Positions 28,814 through 42,000 of a stretch of DNA of 64,000 nucleotides are shown piece after piece. The notes beneath the pieces are model-generated. The model searched no databases. It had not been told where the DNA came from and saw only the letters and a list, made by a program, of their open reading frames with translations. The stretch spans positions 28,954,001 to 29,018,000 of the forward strand of contig NC_087259.1 in assembly GCF_037042905.1 (NCBI RefSeq), written 5' to 3'. Numbering within the stretch: the first letter of the stretch is position 1; the number at the start of each line of letters is the position of its first letter. This DNA is from Lytechinus pictus. Taxonomy: Eukaryota. The translations under genes and the position numbers were made by a program.

Positions 28814-29515
28814 TAGACAGCTGGCAGCCGTCTGTTTTAGCCAGGCGGCTTCTAGAGAGTAAAAATCATTTACTAACGTAAGGTTACTCTCATACGAAGC
28901 CAGGCAGTCCTCCCCATTCATCTGCGTGTACCGCAAAAAAACCTGAAACTTTCGCCCCCGAGATTTCTACTTTCCTTCTAAAAGATCTAGCTCTAAATCA
29001 TGTAAATGGGATAAAACTTCATTTCCGACATTTCTACGCTCTCGTTGTTATTTTTAAAACGAGAATTCATCAAAAAAATGAAAAAATATTCTGAAATGAC
29101 AGAAGAGACTTGCCCGATGTTTACGCTGCCATCTTGTTTCTTATTGTACTTCCCCAACGTTACGCGACGCTCGCGTCCGTAACGTTGGGGAAGTACAATA
29201 AGAACTCTTCAATTTTTGTCTTTAATGAATCAAACTTTTGAAAATTAACGCTACCGAAATGCAAATTAATATTCCCTCTTGACATTAATTGCCAAAAAAC
29301 GGGGAAAATCAAGTTAAAAGGAACAAAAACAGTGACTTACCTCGGCTGTCGCGCAACTTCACTGCCCTGTTTTATCCGAACTTAATACACATAAACATAT
29401 GGCCATTGAGTCCCCTGTACAGATCGCGCGAGAACTTCGGTCTCTGTATTTGGTGATGAAGCCAACGGAGTTCAGCTGAACAACCAACATAACAGAGACC
29501 GAAGCTTTTGGTCTA
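28814..29515. mobile_element. Non-autonomous TAGAC...GTCTA element, copy 1 (possibly AcademH-like)
   Basis: Exact 9-bp TSD TGAATAATC (28805-28813 and 29516-29524). Ends are shared with copies 2 and 3. Confidence 0.8.
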
Positions 29516-29547
29516 TGAATAATCTAGCTCAAAGTTAACCCATCAGG

Positions 29548-29687
29548 TAGACAGCTGGCAGCCGTCTGTTTCGAGGAGTTTTTCAACATTTTTTTATTTT
29601 TTTAATTTCTCCTCGTACACAGTGGAGCCAACGTAGTTCAGCGGAACAACCAACATAACAGTGACCCAAGCTTTTTGTTTTGGTCTA
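29548..29687. mobile_element. Non-autonomous TAGAC...GTCTA element, copy 2 (140 bp)
   Basis: Exact 9-bp TSD CCCATCAGG (29539-29547 and 29688-29696). Confidence 0.8.
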
Positions 29688-30059
29688 CCCATCAGGGAGC
29701 TCAAAGTCAAACTTTTTAAAGTCAGGATTATTACTTTCAATCTTAAAAAATGGTTGAGAGTTGAGGTTTGCTGCATGAGGTCTAGTCTGCATGTAGCATT
29801 TTGCAAAAATTAGTCATATTATGGTGATCATTTTTTTTTCTCCAAACACGCACAACAATTTTCTCATTTTTAAAAGTTTAATTTTACCATCTGCCAGCAG
29901 GAATACAGTTTTCTAGACCTTGTTATGTACAGTCATTCCTGATGTTAAGTATACCAATGTACAATTGAAGACAAGATCTAGGTCACTAGGTGGATATAGT
30001 GTGTGAGATATAACCATGTACGCAATTATTTATCCCACATAGATTGATATAAAGCCACA

Positions 30060-33000
30060 ATGGGGAAAAGGATTGCAATCATCGGTGCTGGAGCAAGTGG
30101 ACTGGCGGCGATCAAATGTTGTCTGGATGAGGGTCTTGAACCAGTATGTTTTGACAAAGCAGATGATATCGGAGGACTGTGGTACTATCGGGAAGAGCGG
30201 GAGGACCAAGGCTGTGTGTATGAGTCAACGGTTATCAATACGAGCAAAGAGGTTATGTGCTTTAGGTGAGTATACATCCCTGGGTGATTTTAATCATCTC
30301 ATATCTACATCATAACCCAGTATCATACATGCATAACATCACTTACATATATTCAAATTAAGGAAGCCCAACCAATATAAATAAAGAGAATGGTGGAGCC
30401 AACTAAAAGTGTAGTAGTCTAAGTCATAATAAAATTATCAGAGATAAGTGAATGGAGGTAAATAACATGTTGGAATGAAAAGGAGAAAATTGAACCAAAA
30501 TGTGAGAATGATTTACCATATCTGAATAGGAGAGGAATGACATAGAGAAGCGGGTCAAGTGTCAAATAGAAATGGATGACAACACAAGCTTTCAGAATGT
30601 AAACGAAGCCGAATTAAATTAAAAGCTGCAAGTTCATAATTAACTTTTAACAAGGAAATTCTAATGTATGTCAAAATAAAATTAATAAACGTCTTTCTTT
30701 CCATCTATTACAACTATTAAAGGATCCAGTTAAATGCCTGATTGGTGCATGGGCATTTTGGGCATAGAGGTAGGCTAGTTGTTATAGAAGGCTTCATTGG
30801 AGAGTCATAAAATATAAAAGGTTCACAACCAAAAGACAGATAAGATGGATCTCTAAAAAAATTCTTGATTGATTTACTCTCACCCTCTTTGAACAGATTA
30901 ACAAAAGATAATGTCAAGTGAGATCTAGGGCCTCTTCACACAAGCAATTGATCCTTGAAAATTTCATTTTGACTGATTGCCTTGCCTTTGGTCATTATGC
31001 AATTGATCATAAAATTAATTGTACCGTCCATAAATCTGTAGAAGCTATTAATGCAGTACAGGAAGTAAGGAACTTTTCATCCTATCCACTAGACATCTTG
31101 TCTGAATTCTGTACGTCAGTGCCATTTTAAACGGTTCCAACTCAAGCCCTTAAGTACTCGTATGGTTCCCGGATCCTTTCCAAGGCTGCAATATTTTTTT
31201 TATATAGAACTAGTCTTATAATGTAGTTCTAACTACTAAAAGATGAATAATGTTCATCTCATACATGTTGCATTTGCAGAGAAAATAACACTTGTTTCGA
31301 AGCATTCATTCATTTTCAATCAAGATGGATGAACATCATAATTTTAAAACCAAGATTAACCATATATTTATATTCATATTTGTGAAAGATGGATGAAGAG
31401 CATCTCAATACATATGACCCTATGGCAAGATCTTCATCGTGCTTGAATTCCTTGGTGTTAATGTCCTTTTCCAAGTGGTATGAAGCACTGATATCAATTT
31501 GAATTGAGCAACAAAGAATTATGTTGTGTGTTTGCACGTATCATTGAACCTTGGAAAATCCCAAACGGTTGCTGATTAAAGATAAGGGAGTACCAAAGTT
31601 CAAATTACCATGAAAGCAGTCAATATGGCTATAGAAAAGAACCATGTATGCTGAGGACTTAATATTTGGCAATCTTCTGCAGGCTGCCAAAATATGACAA
31701 GGATAACAACACCAAAGCATGGTTCAGGTCTCATATTTGGGAAAAGTTCAATTTAATTTGCTAGTCTCATCAATCTTTATTTGATAGTGAGCATTTATTT
31801 TCATGACAGGAACATTGACCTAATCACATTCAAGTGTCTCTCTAGTTGGTACTGGGTGCTTTGGCCATTCTTGTCACTGCTTCATCGTACCCCTCTGCAT
31901 GACATTTTGCAATATGATAATTTAAAGGCATTTCCATGGTCTACCCTTATCTTTGTTCTGAACAAACTTCCTTTGGTCTAATCAACAAGCCCTTATCACA
32001 TAACATTACATGCCACAGCCATTTCTTTTATCTTTCTCTGATTGTTTTGATCAGTCTTCTTGAACTACATGTAGTTGCAACACACTGATTATTCTATCCC
32101 TCCATAAAAACCCCTATCACTCTGTACTAGTACCAGATTTCTAACACTATGGCTCTGTGACACATAACTCGATGATTGACCATTCAGTTGTATGATTGAT
32201 TGTACAAAATGATAATTGTGATCAGATCTAATCCTAAGATGTTAATGAAATTGGAAACAATACATGATGCCAGGAAAGTGAGTTGGTGATATATTGGTCT
32301 CATTAGGCCTACTAAAGTTACAAAGGTTCAAATCAAGTCCATGCTGTAACTATACGTTGACCTTAAAGGACAAGACCACCTCAACAAAAAGTTGGCTTGA
32401 ATAAAGAGATAAAAAATCCAACAAGCATAACACTGAAAATTTCATCAAAATTGGATGTAAAATAAAGAAGTTATGATATTTTAAAGTTTCGCTTAATTTC
32501 ACATAACAGTTATATTCACATCCTGGTCAGTATACAAATAAGAAGACTGATGACATCATCTACTCACTATTTCTTTTGTATTTCATTACATGGAATATGA
32601 AATTTTCTAATTTTTTCCTCATTGTCATGTAAAACAAAGTTTTTATTCCTTTCTGAACATGTGGAATTACCATTATTTTAACAGTTTATGGTTAAGTCAA
32701 GTTGGTCCTTATTGTCAAATCTGTAAACAATTGTGTAATTCAAACAATAAAAAAAAACCAAAGAAATGGTGAGTGAAGCACATCATCAACTCTCTCATTT
32801 TGCATGTCGCTGAGTTGTGCATTTAACTGTTTTGTGAAAAATAAGCAAAACTTGAAAATGTCATAACTTTCTTATTCTACATCCAATTTTGATGAAATTT
32901 TCAGTGTTATGCTTCTCAGTTCTGTGATTTTTCTCATTTTTTTCATATCAACTTTTTTCTGAGGTGGACTTGACTTTTAATGATGATTCCTGCATATCAG

Positions 33001-36000
33001 GGATATTTAACCTGTTGCTTACTGGAACCAAGTAGTTCTTATCTCCATGTAGAAAATCTAGGGATTTTCTTTTTTAAGTGAGTTTTAAATGACCTTGTTT
33101 TATTTTTAATTCGATCATTTAATTTTCCTGCTGAAAATGATAGTTTTAATGTTTCATCAACTTTCTTCAGGATTGATTTGAAACTAATACCATATGAGTG
33201 CATGTTCAATGTAGTATCTAGCTGGTATAAACAAGGAGATTCTATGACTGGAGTTCCAACAGTCAACAAATTTATTCAAGCAGCTGTTCATTTCTAAAGA
33301 AGCACAAAAGAAAGAACGGGAATAAGGACCCTTTTGATGTCCAGCTTCGAAGCCGCCAGTTTCAGTGAAGAAATCCGGGGGGTGACATTTTACGAATATT
33401 CATTTGTATCGATTTTCCATCTTCCATATTAATAACCAAACTGAAATTTGAATGCATGACAAAACATCAATAACCAAGCACTATTACGACGAGATATTTG
33501 CCCAGATTATATCAATTAACCTTTAATTAGTGAAAAAAGAACGAATTTGACCTTTACTGAAACCAGATTTTAACACTTTTCCGATCGTTTGCGGCGATTG
33601 AAAATTTTAAATGTGGTTGATGGAATATTGTTGTTCATTACTGTATATGGCTCAAACCCACTATCTCGGCGCAATTCTGAAATTTTGGTGTCGTTAAGGA
33701 TTCTGCTTATATTATTAAGAAATTAAACATTGCAGATGATGGTTCTTGCATCTCATCGCTTCGGTGGCACTTGCCGATAAAAATGAGACCCATTTTACCG
33801 GGAAATAAAGCCCGAAGAAAATAAAATGGCACACTAAATGTGGGATAAGTGTGAAAAAACCCCTGTCGCCAGAAAAGAAAATCTGTCATTTGAATGTTTT
33901 TTCATCAAATATTCACAAGACATCTTTCTAAAAATGCATTAAAAATAACCGTTTTTGATTGTCCATGTGAGATATTAAAGAAAAATTGTGTTGCTTTTGA
34001 TATGAATAATATTTTACATCAACCAAAATTTGTCCCAAATTATCTGTAACATACGTTACCATGTTTTAACGAAATGTGTTTTAGGGAAGAAAAGTCAGTT
34101 GTTCCATCGGAATAACGGTTTTCTGTTTCACAACAGATATAGAAACTACAACCGTGTAGATTAGCATTTAGATATTTGAACAATTTTGCCACACATGAAA
34201 AATCCTTTTTAGTGAAAAACGTATATTTAAGGAGTGTAACATACGTTACCATCGTTTGTGTTTATTCAGAGAAGCATGCTCATTTCATCTCTGTTTATTT
34301 TTAGGTATTGACGTATGAAAGCTAGTAAATCGAGAAAAAAGAAAAAATAACCACTCTAAGTTTGAAATATATGACAATTTATAAAAAAATTTGTAACCTA
34401 CGTTACGTAACATACGTTTCCAGTTTGATATATTCTTCTAATTAACCTATGTAAATCCATTTCCCCGGAACATATACATTGGTACCCATCTTAAACATTT
34501 AGTTCCCTCTACGGCAATTGAAAGAAACCTTAGCAACCTCATGGAATCCACATAAATGAATGGTGCGCTTGTTGGCTAGTCATCTTAAAGTGTTCAAAAA
34601 CAAATAGGTAAGTACAGAGATCGATATCATATTTGTTTTTAGATATATTTACATTATTTTTTTGAAATATTCACCACTTACGTGCATCTCTTAAAAACTC
34701 ATTTAGTAATTTCATGTGAAATTAATCAATTTTACTTTTAGAAGGCATTATACCACGCCTTTTGTGGTAACGTATGTTTCAGGTGATGGTAACGTAGGTT
34801 ACCATATTAACATGTATTCTATATAAACAATATTTTAGAAACTAGTGGTATGTATCAACCATAAATTCATTATAAACTTTCAGAAGGGCACTTCTCTTGT
34901 AAATTGACGCTCTTAAACCGTATGAAAATTTGAACATTTTCTTCTTTATAAATAGTAAGAAAGCAACATCCATGGAATATTTTATGTCAATGACAATGTA
35001 GCTGTCATTTTAATCAACATTATCTTGAAAGGAAATGTTTACAAATGAATACCAAATTTGCACATCGATAACCCTAAATCATAAGATAAGCTTCTGGTAC
35101 CTATTTCGTAAACTGGATTTGATTATTTTTATCGATTATTTCCAAAAAACTAAGACAAGTTGTGGTAACGTATGTTACATGTATCATTCAAGTCAACATT
35201 ATGAGATAAGTCAGTCAATGCCAATGGATAATGTTGGATTAGATATTATATTTTCAAACACACATTTTTATTTATATCTTGCAGGGATGGGCAAGACAAG
35301 GGCCGAAATTCAGGCCGCCTATCGACAGCGGAAACGACAGCAAATTGGAGATGCTGCTTTCCTCCGCGCAGAACGGGAGAGGCAGAAGAAATACTACGTT
35401 CGAGTTGAGAATTTGCCAAAGAAAAAAGCAGAAGAGAGAAGGGTCCAAGTGCGGTCAAGAGTACAGAAGCACAGAGTAAGGGTCAAGAAAGTGAAGCAAG
35501 ACATGTACAATGAACGACATCAGGAAAACATTGATAGCTCAGTGATTGAAAGCGATACAACGCAAGACTCTGCGCTGTCAGATGTATCTTACATTGCTCC
35601 GCGTAGTCCTCTGAAAGTAAAGATGGCATTTCCGGTCAAGAAGAGGAGAAATCGTGTTAGCAGGTGCCTGAGCAATGCTCACCGGAGAATCGAGGCACTT
35701 ACTCTTAAACTCCAGGAAACAGCAAAGGGAAAACGCAGAGTTCAGAGAAGATACCAGAGGCTTCGTAAGAAACTTCCAACGTCTTCAACACCATTTCATG
35801 GGGTTTCGAGGAACACACCACGCAGTAAGACAGACAGCCAACTCAAGAAATCTGGTTTAGATCCTAAGTCTGTTCCAGCTGAAATTAAGAAGAGGCTACT
35901 CTTCTTCAACGCGGTAATCCAGGAAATACAATCTACCGCTGGATCCAGCACCAACCAGACAAACAGGGCGAATCTTCATAAGCTGGTGGCAGGAGCCAAG

Positions 36001-39000
36001 ATATTGAAGAAATACCGCCTGCTGAGGATGGTACAGAAGGGTACTGGGCTGGGAAGACGCAACTTGTCAAAGGCAAACACAAATAATGTCAGCCAACGCA
36101 AGCAGCTCCGGCGTTCTTGGTACATGCTACACGAAGAAGTTGTAACTTTCATGGAGAGGGAAGACAACTCACGCATGTGTCCCGGCAAGAAGGACTGTTG
36201 CAAAACAGATGACATGGGGAACAAGAAACAGAAGAAGTTTCTTTGCGATTACATGTCAAATCTCCATGCCAAGTACATTGCAGAAAATCAAGACAAACGC
36301 AAGGTATCCCTGTCTGCATTCCAACGTGTCCGCCAAACGCGATGTCCCCATATTAAGCCTGTTCAATTCTTGTCCAGGAACCTTTGCTTATGCCCAAGAC
36401 ATCAGAACATGGCCTTGAAGCTGAAAGCAATGAAATCCATGGGTTTGCCTGTAGTCGAAAATCCTGATGAATTCATTAGACGCCACACCGATGATGAGGT
36501 ACATGATCTCCTCTCTGATTTGCAGCCTGGTGTGATTCAGTTTGAAGAATGGGCTAGAGTTGAGGCTGATGGCAGAAAGAAGATTAAACTCATCAATGTG
36601 TCACTGGCGAAGCAGGAGTTCATCGCTCGCCTCAAAACGAGCATCCAAGAATTTCGTCAACACGTCTTCCGAATTAAGAAACAGTTTGAAGCACTTTCTG
36701 ACTGCAAGAAGAATTTGCCCAAAGGAGAATGCTTGGTGCAAATGGACTTTGCCGAAAATTACACATGTGTGCCCTTAGAAGAAGTACAAAGTGGGTATTG
36801 GAATCAGGAAGGTGTAACAATCCATCCGCTGGTGGTGTACTTCCGGGAGGACGACAACAATCTCAGTCATCAGAGCTACGTTGCTGTGTCTGATGAAAAG
36901 GGGCACAATTCGTCTACAGTAATTGCCATTCTGAACCAAGTTATCCCCCGCCTGAAGAAATTGGTCCCACAGCTTTCGAAGATACACTACTGGACTGATG
37001 GGCCCACATCCCAATACCGCAACAAAACTATCTTTTCTTTGATAGGGGACCATGTTGAGGTGTACGATGGAATCCATGCCCAGTGGAACTTCTTTGAAGC
37101 TGGACATGGAAAGGGGCCATGTGATGGTATCGGGGGTACTGTAAAACGCATGGCCGACAATGCTGTCAAGCGCAATGCTGTAATACAAGACGCAAAGGAT
37201 TTCTTTGCCTGGGCATGCCAGGAGCACGGTTGCGAGAATGATTCAAAGATTGACTTTTTCTTTGTGAGCAAAGAAGAGTGTGTCTCAAGCAGTGAACTCA
37301 TTGCACAAAGGTGGGCATCAGTCAAGACCTTCCCAGGAACTTTGCAAGTGCACGGCGTCATTGGATACGACAAAGGGGTTCTCCTCAAAGACGTCTCTTG
37401 CTACTGCGCAAAATGCCGTGTAATGAACCCTGCTGACACCAATCAAGTCGAGCATATGTGTGAAGGTTGGCAACTTCGCCGTTTCGTGAGGGGGCCCATG
37501 AAGCAAGTTCAGCCAGACAAATGTGACGACCCTGAGAGAGATGGTGTTGGAGAGCCTACTGGTGTAGTGAATAAGACATTCAACCAATCGTCTACCAGCG
37601 TTCCAGTGCAGTATCACACTGATGACTGGGTTGCTGCTGTTTATGAACAACGATGGTACTTGGGGAAAGTGCTCGAATCCGACAAAGATGATGTTCACGT
37701 GGACTTCCTCACTGAGTGCACAGGTCCTCGAAATCAGAACAAATATAAATGGCCAACCAGCAGTGACTCAATCTGGGTAGCAAGGAAAAACGTACTGTGT
37801 TCCGTAAACCCACCCAAACGCGACTCCATTTCCAAAAGATTTTTTGTTCTCTCTGACAACCAAAGGGCAATGGTCGAGCAGGCGTTCAAAGCGTTCAGTT
37901 CTCGCTCATAAAGTAGAACACTCCCATTTGTTCATAGCCCACCGGACTCAAACAATTAGAGTGCTTTAATTCCATTGTGTAGGGGTAATCCATCATTATT
38001 CGGTAGAATCTGTTTTCATTGTTGCACTTTCGATCTGGTTGCTGTTATTCGATTTCTGTTGCTGTATTTCAATTTATATGAGATTATGATATTTGAGATG
38101 AATAGCAAAAGAAAAATGCTATTTAGATATACAGAAATCTGTTATTTTTTATTCATGGAAACAAGATGCAAAAATAACTGTTACATTCCAAAGACCATTT
38201 TGAGCAATATCCTGTGCATAAATCAAACCAAGTAAATGATGTAACGTTAATCTGGGGTGGGGGTGGGGATGTAGATAGGCTGCTCAAGAGCATGGAACAA
38301 TTATTTAAGGAGACGAGTATGCCTTATGTAAGTAGATGTACGTAGTTGTTAAATTTCAGTTGAAAATGTTACCTAACATTTGAATTAAGGGATTTTTTAT
38401 GAGATATCACCCGATGAAAGGTTTGCTTATAGTTATTCTATTATTTCCTTTAAAGTGTCAAGTTACCTGTTAGATCTCTTTGACTAACGCAATTATTCAT
38501 TTTCTTACGGACAAATGTTTGAAAGTAGATCCATTTCTCCATCTAAACTTTGATATTGTAATACGTATTTTCACATTTAGGATTGTAACATACGTTACTT
38601 ATGAATATAGGCATTCACTCAGCGATGCATGTGTCTACCGTGTTTTTAATTTTATGTGGCACATGGACATATCGAATGTATATAATGTGTGCATTATAAG
38701 AATGAAAGTGGTTAACAGGAGAAGTGTTATAATTTCTCATGAAAATTGATGTAATATTCGCAAAAGTTATTACATAACAGAGTTATTGGATTGCATATCC
38801 TAACTAAATAAAACATATACAGTTACTAAATAAATTTGAAAGGTAAAATGATAACAAAGTACACGGGCTCGAAAGAAAAATACCAGTTTATTCATTTCAT
38901 ATGGTTAATGTCATATATATTCTGAAAAGTGATATTGTTCTCCTCTGTAAGGTTAACTCATTCTTCAAGTAACCTACGTTACTCATCTACGTAACTTACG

Positions 39001-42000
39001 TTACCAAATTTTATTCAACTGGTACTCGTATTCTATTTCCCCAAGATCACTTCTTCATGCCAAAGTTATATAATGTGACTTAATATTTTTAGATCATGGC
39101 TGGAAAAAAAAATCAGTCTTTAAAATTTCATTACCTATCAGACAAGATATGATGACACTTAGATAATTATTCAGCCTTCATAATGTAGAAGTTCGTATTT
39201 TGTAAAAACTGCAGAACAAGATCACCTATATTCCACTTAAACGTTTTCCAGTCTCTTTGTTTAATAGCTTAACTGGAATCTAGAGCAAAGGCCGTGATCT
39301 GAAAGTGCATATTAAAATGTATTTTTCCCCTTTTAGTGTCTCGGGTCATGGTAACGTAGGTTACACCGTGTGTTTTGCATCCACAAGATGAAACATGTGT
39401 AATTCTTAAACCAAACAATGTTGAATGCTCATCTCTTGGAATTTGAAACTTTGTTGTTTAATGTTTCATTATAAAATAAAGACAAACTTGCTACTGAAAC
39501 TTTATTTTTTTTTAAATTGAATGTTCTTAAATGCGCCGATTTACTGGTTTTGACCCTTATGCCAGATGAGTGCCCGCACATGCCCAGTCGAGCAAATTTG
39601 AGTCAAATTTCATAGTTTATTTTTGCATGCCTCCGAATTATGTACTACACATATAACCAGACCAAGATGCGGCGAAAAAGTAATTATCATCACAAAAGCA
39701 TATTTCCCTTTCTGTATGACCTATAGCTGCGGAGTCATGCGGGAATCATTTGTCTACACAATTGCAAGAGATGTTGAGCAAAGTGCATGCCTGACATACT
39801 TTCTGCTGGCGGCTTCGAAGCTTGTTCAAAGGGATTTTGTTTGCTGTTACTCCATCTCATTTAAACCTCCTTTGTATAAATAAAGTTCTGATGTGTTTCA
39901 ATTATTGAAAGCTGATGCAAGATACTTATCGTTTTGTTTTACTTTAATAGTTTAGAGTAAACCAACTTAACACACTTTTGGGTTTGTATTTTTCACTTGT
40001 CAAATAGGAGAGATTTATTTAAGTGACATTCTCTTTTTCATTTTTGTCTTCATATACAGTGATTTCCCAATTCCAGATGACTACCCAAACTTCATGCACA
40101 ACAGACTTGTGCTAAAGTACTACCGTCTCTTCTGCGATCGTTTTGATCTTCGCAAGTACATTCGCTTTCACACTAAAGTAGATTCTGCTGTCTTTGCTGA
40201 TGACTACAAGGAAACAGGACAATGGAAAGTTACAACAACCCATCAAGATACTGGCAAGTCAGTGACCGAGATCTATGATGCTGTGCTTGTATGCACAGGA
40301 CATCACTGTACGCCATACACGCCAGATTTTGAAGGTGAGACTTTTTAATTTGGATGAGATTTCCTCTCCATTTTGTTATTTCACTCAACAAAAATAGGCC
40401 TTTAAGATTTTAGCATGTTTATTCGTACCAGTGAAAGGTGTTCTTTTATATACTTGGGTTATAAATGAGATGAGGTACTTCCAAAGGTTCCTTTGAATTT
40501 AGGTGGCAGCGGTGGGATTTGTCTCATATCATCAAGAATGACATTTTACCTGCATCATGATGTGTTAGATATAACAGAATCTCTATATCACTGTACACTA
40601 TATATCCCAGAGTTTGAAGATGAGAATGTAAGGGAGTGGACATTGTACATACATTGTATTGGGGCAACCCAGAATCCAATGTTTGGGGATAATTTGTATC
40701 TGTAAACCACTTGAATATGTTGTTCATATGCGATAAGCGCCATAAGAAAGTAGAATAACACTCTTTTTATTATTCATATATATGATATCTATCTGTCTTA
40801 TCAGTTGCACTCTCTCTCTCTCTTTCTCTGTCATCTATGATGTTAGGACTGAAGGAGTTCAAAGGTCAGGTTCTTCATACGCACGATTACTTGAAGCCGG
40901 ATGGGTTTGCCAAGAAACGAATCATGGTAATTGGAGTGGGTAACTCTGGATGTGATGCTGCTGTGGAGCTTAGTAGGTGTGCATCCCAGGTCAGTTTGAG
41001 GTCATGGTCATATAGGGAGGACTGCCCCTCCCTCCAAAAAGTGCAACAACAAAGAAACACACTAAGAGCACTGGAAAACTAGAAATTAAAAATGTCCACC
41101 CTTCGATTTCCTATAGTATTTGATAAAAAAAACTCTACTATATTGTAGCAAACAAAACTTACACAGAATTATTTTTTTTTAAAGAAAGGGAACTATCTGC
41201 CACACAATTTGTCAGGAAAATGTGTAATAACAGCAAATGAAGATGAAATAAATTACTGAAAAATGCCTGTCCATTTATAGTGTGGTCCCACACGTTGTTT
41301 CCTGTGTTAGCTACACCAGGCAAAGCCTGTGGTAATGAAATTAATATATGGTATCAAGCAAGCCTGAATTATTTTCATCAAACTTTGTTGTTCTAAATAA
41401 GCATTCTGGCATTGGATAAACACTTAAGGATTGCGTCGAACTATCTTATCAAATTAGATTTCTATACCAGAATTGGAATGCAGCTTTTAATAGCTATCAA
41501 AGTGAATATGTGCCAAATGATTCTGGTTCGAAGATGTATAATTGCTGAGAAAGTGACAAACCAAGCTTGATATTATTCCAGCCAGATTTTGGGTCTTTTT
41601 CCAAACAATAACAATATTAGCTACCCCACATGGTAATTCTTTTTTCATCTTAGATTTTATGATGCGCTAGGTTCATGTACGAGAAATCTGTGTCACAAAG
41701 GTTAGCGATTAATTGTACGCTTGATTTTCACAATTGATTTTACATTGTAGTCAATGCAATCAGTCTTAGCAAAATGTTCTACGATTATTGCTAAGCTTTG
41801 TTATGGGCCCTGGATCTAGATCTACCATGATAGGTTGACAAGTATATTTTAAAGACTCTCATGAAAGTATTGTTCACTGCATTACAGGTACTTGACTTTA
41901 ACATCTCACTGAATTTAAGGTCATTGGTAACAAGAGGTCATGAGTTCATGATTGAAGAAATTGGGTGTGTATCAAACTTCAAATGGCAGAGGCGTAAATT

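Noticed and set aside
30450-32000. Possible decayed LINE on the minus strand (GIFQGS-like remnant near 31550)
   Set aside because: Only fragmentary motifs; needs a translated search to support.
35035-35286. N-terminal 84 aa of the 958-aa ORF
   Set aside because: AT-rich, contains a subterminal box and ends in a strong acceptor, so it is more likely intron. The ATG at 35287 is preferred.
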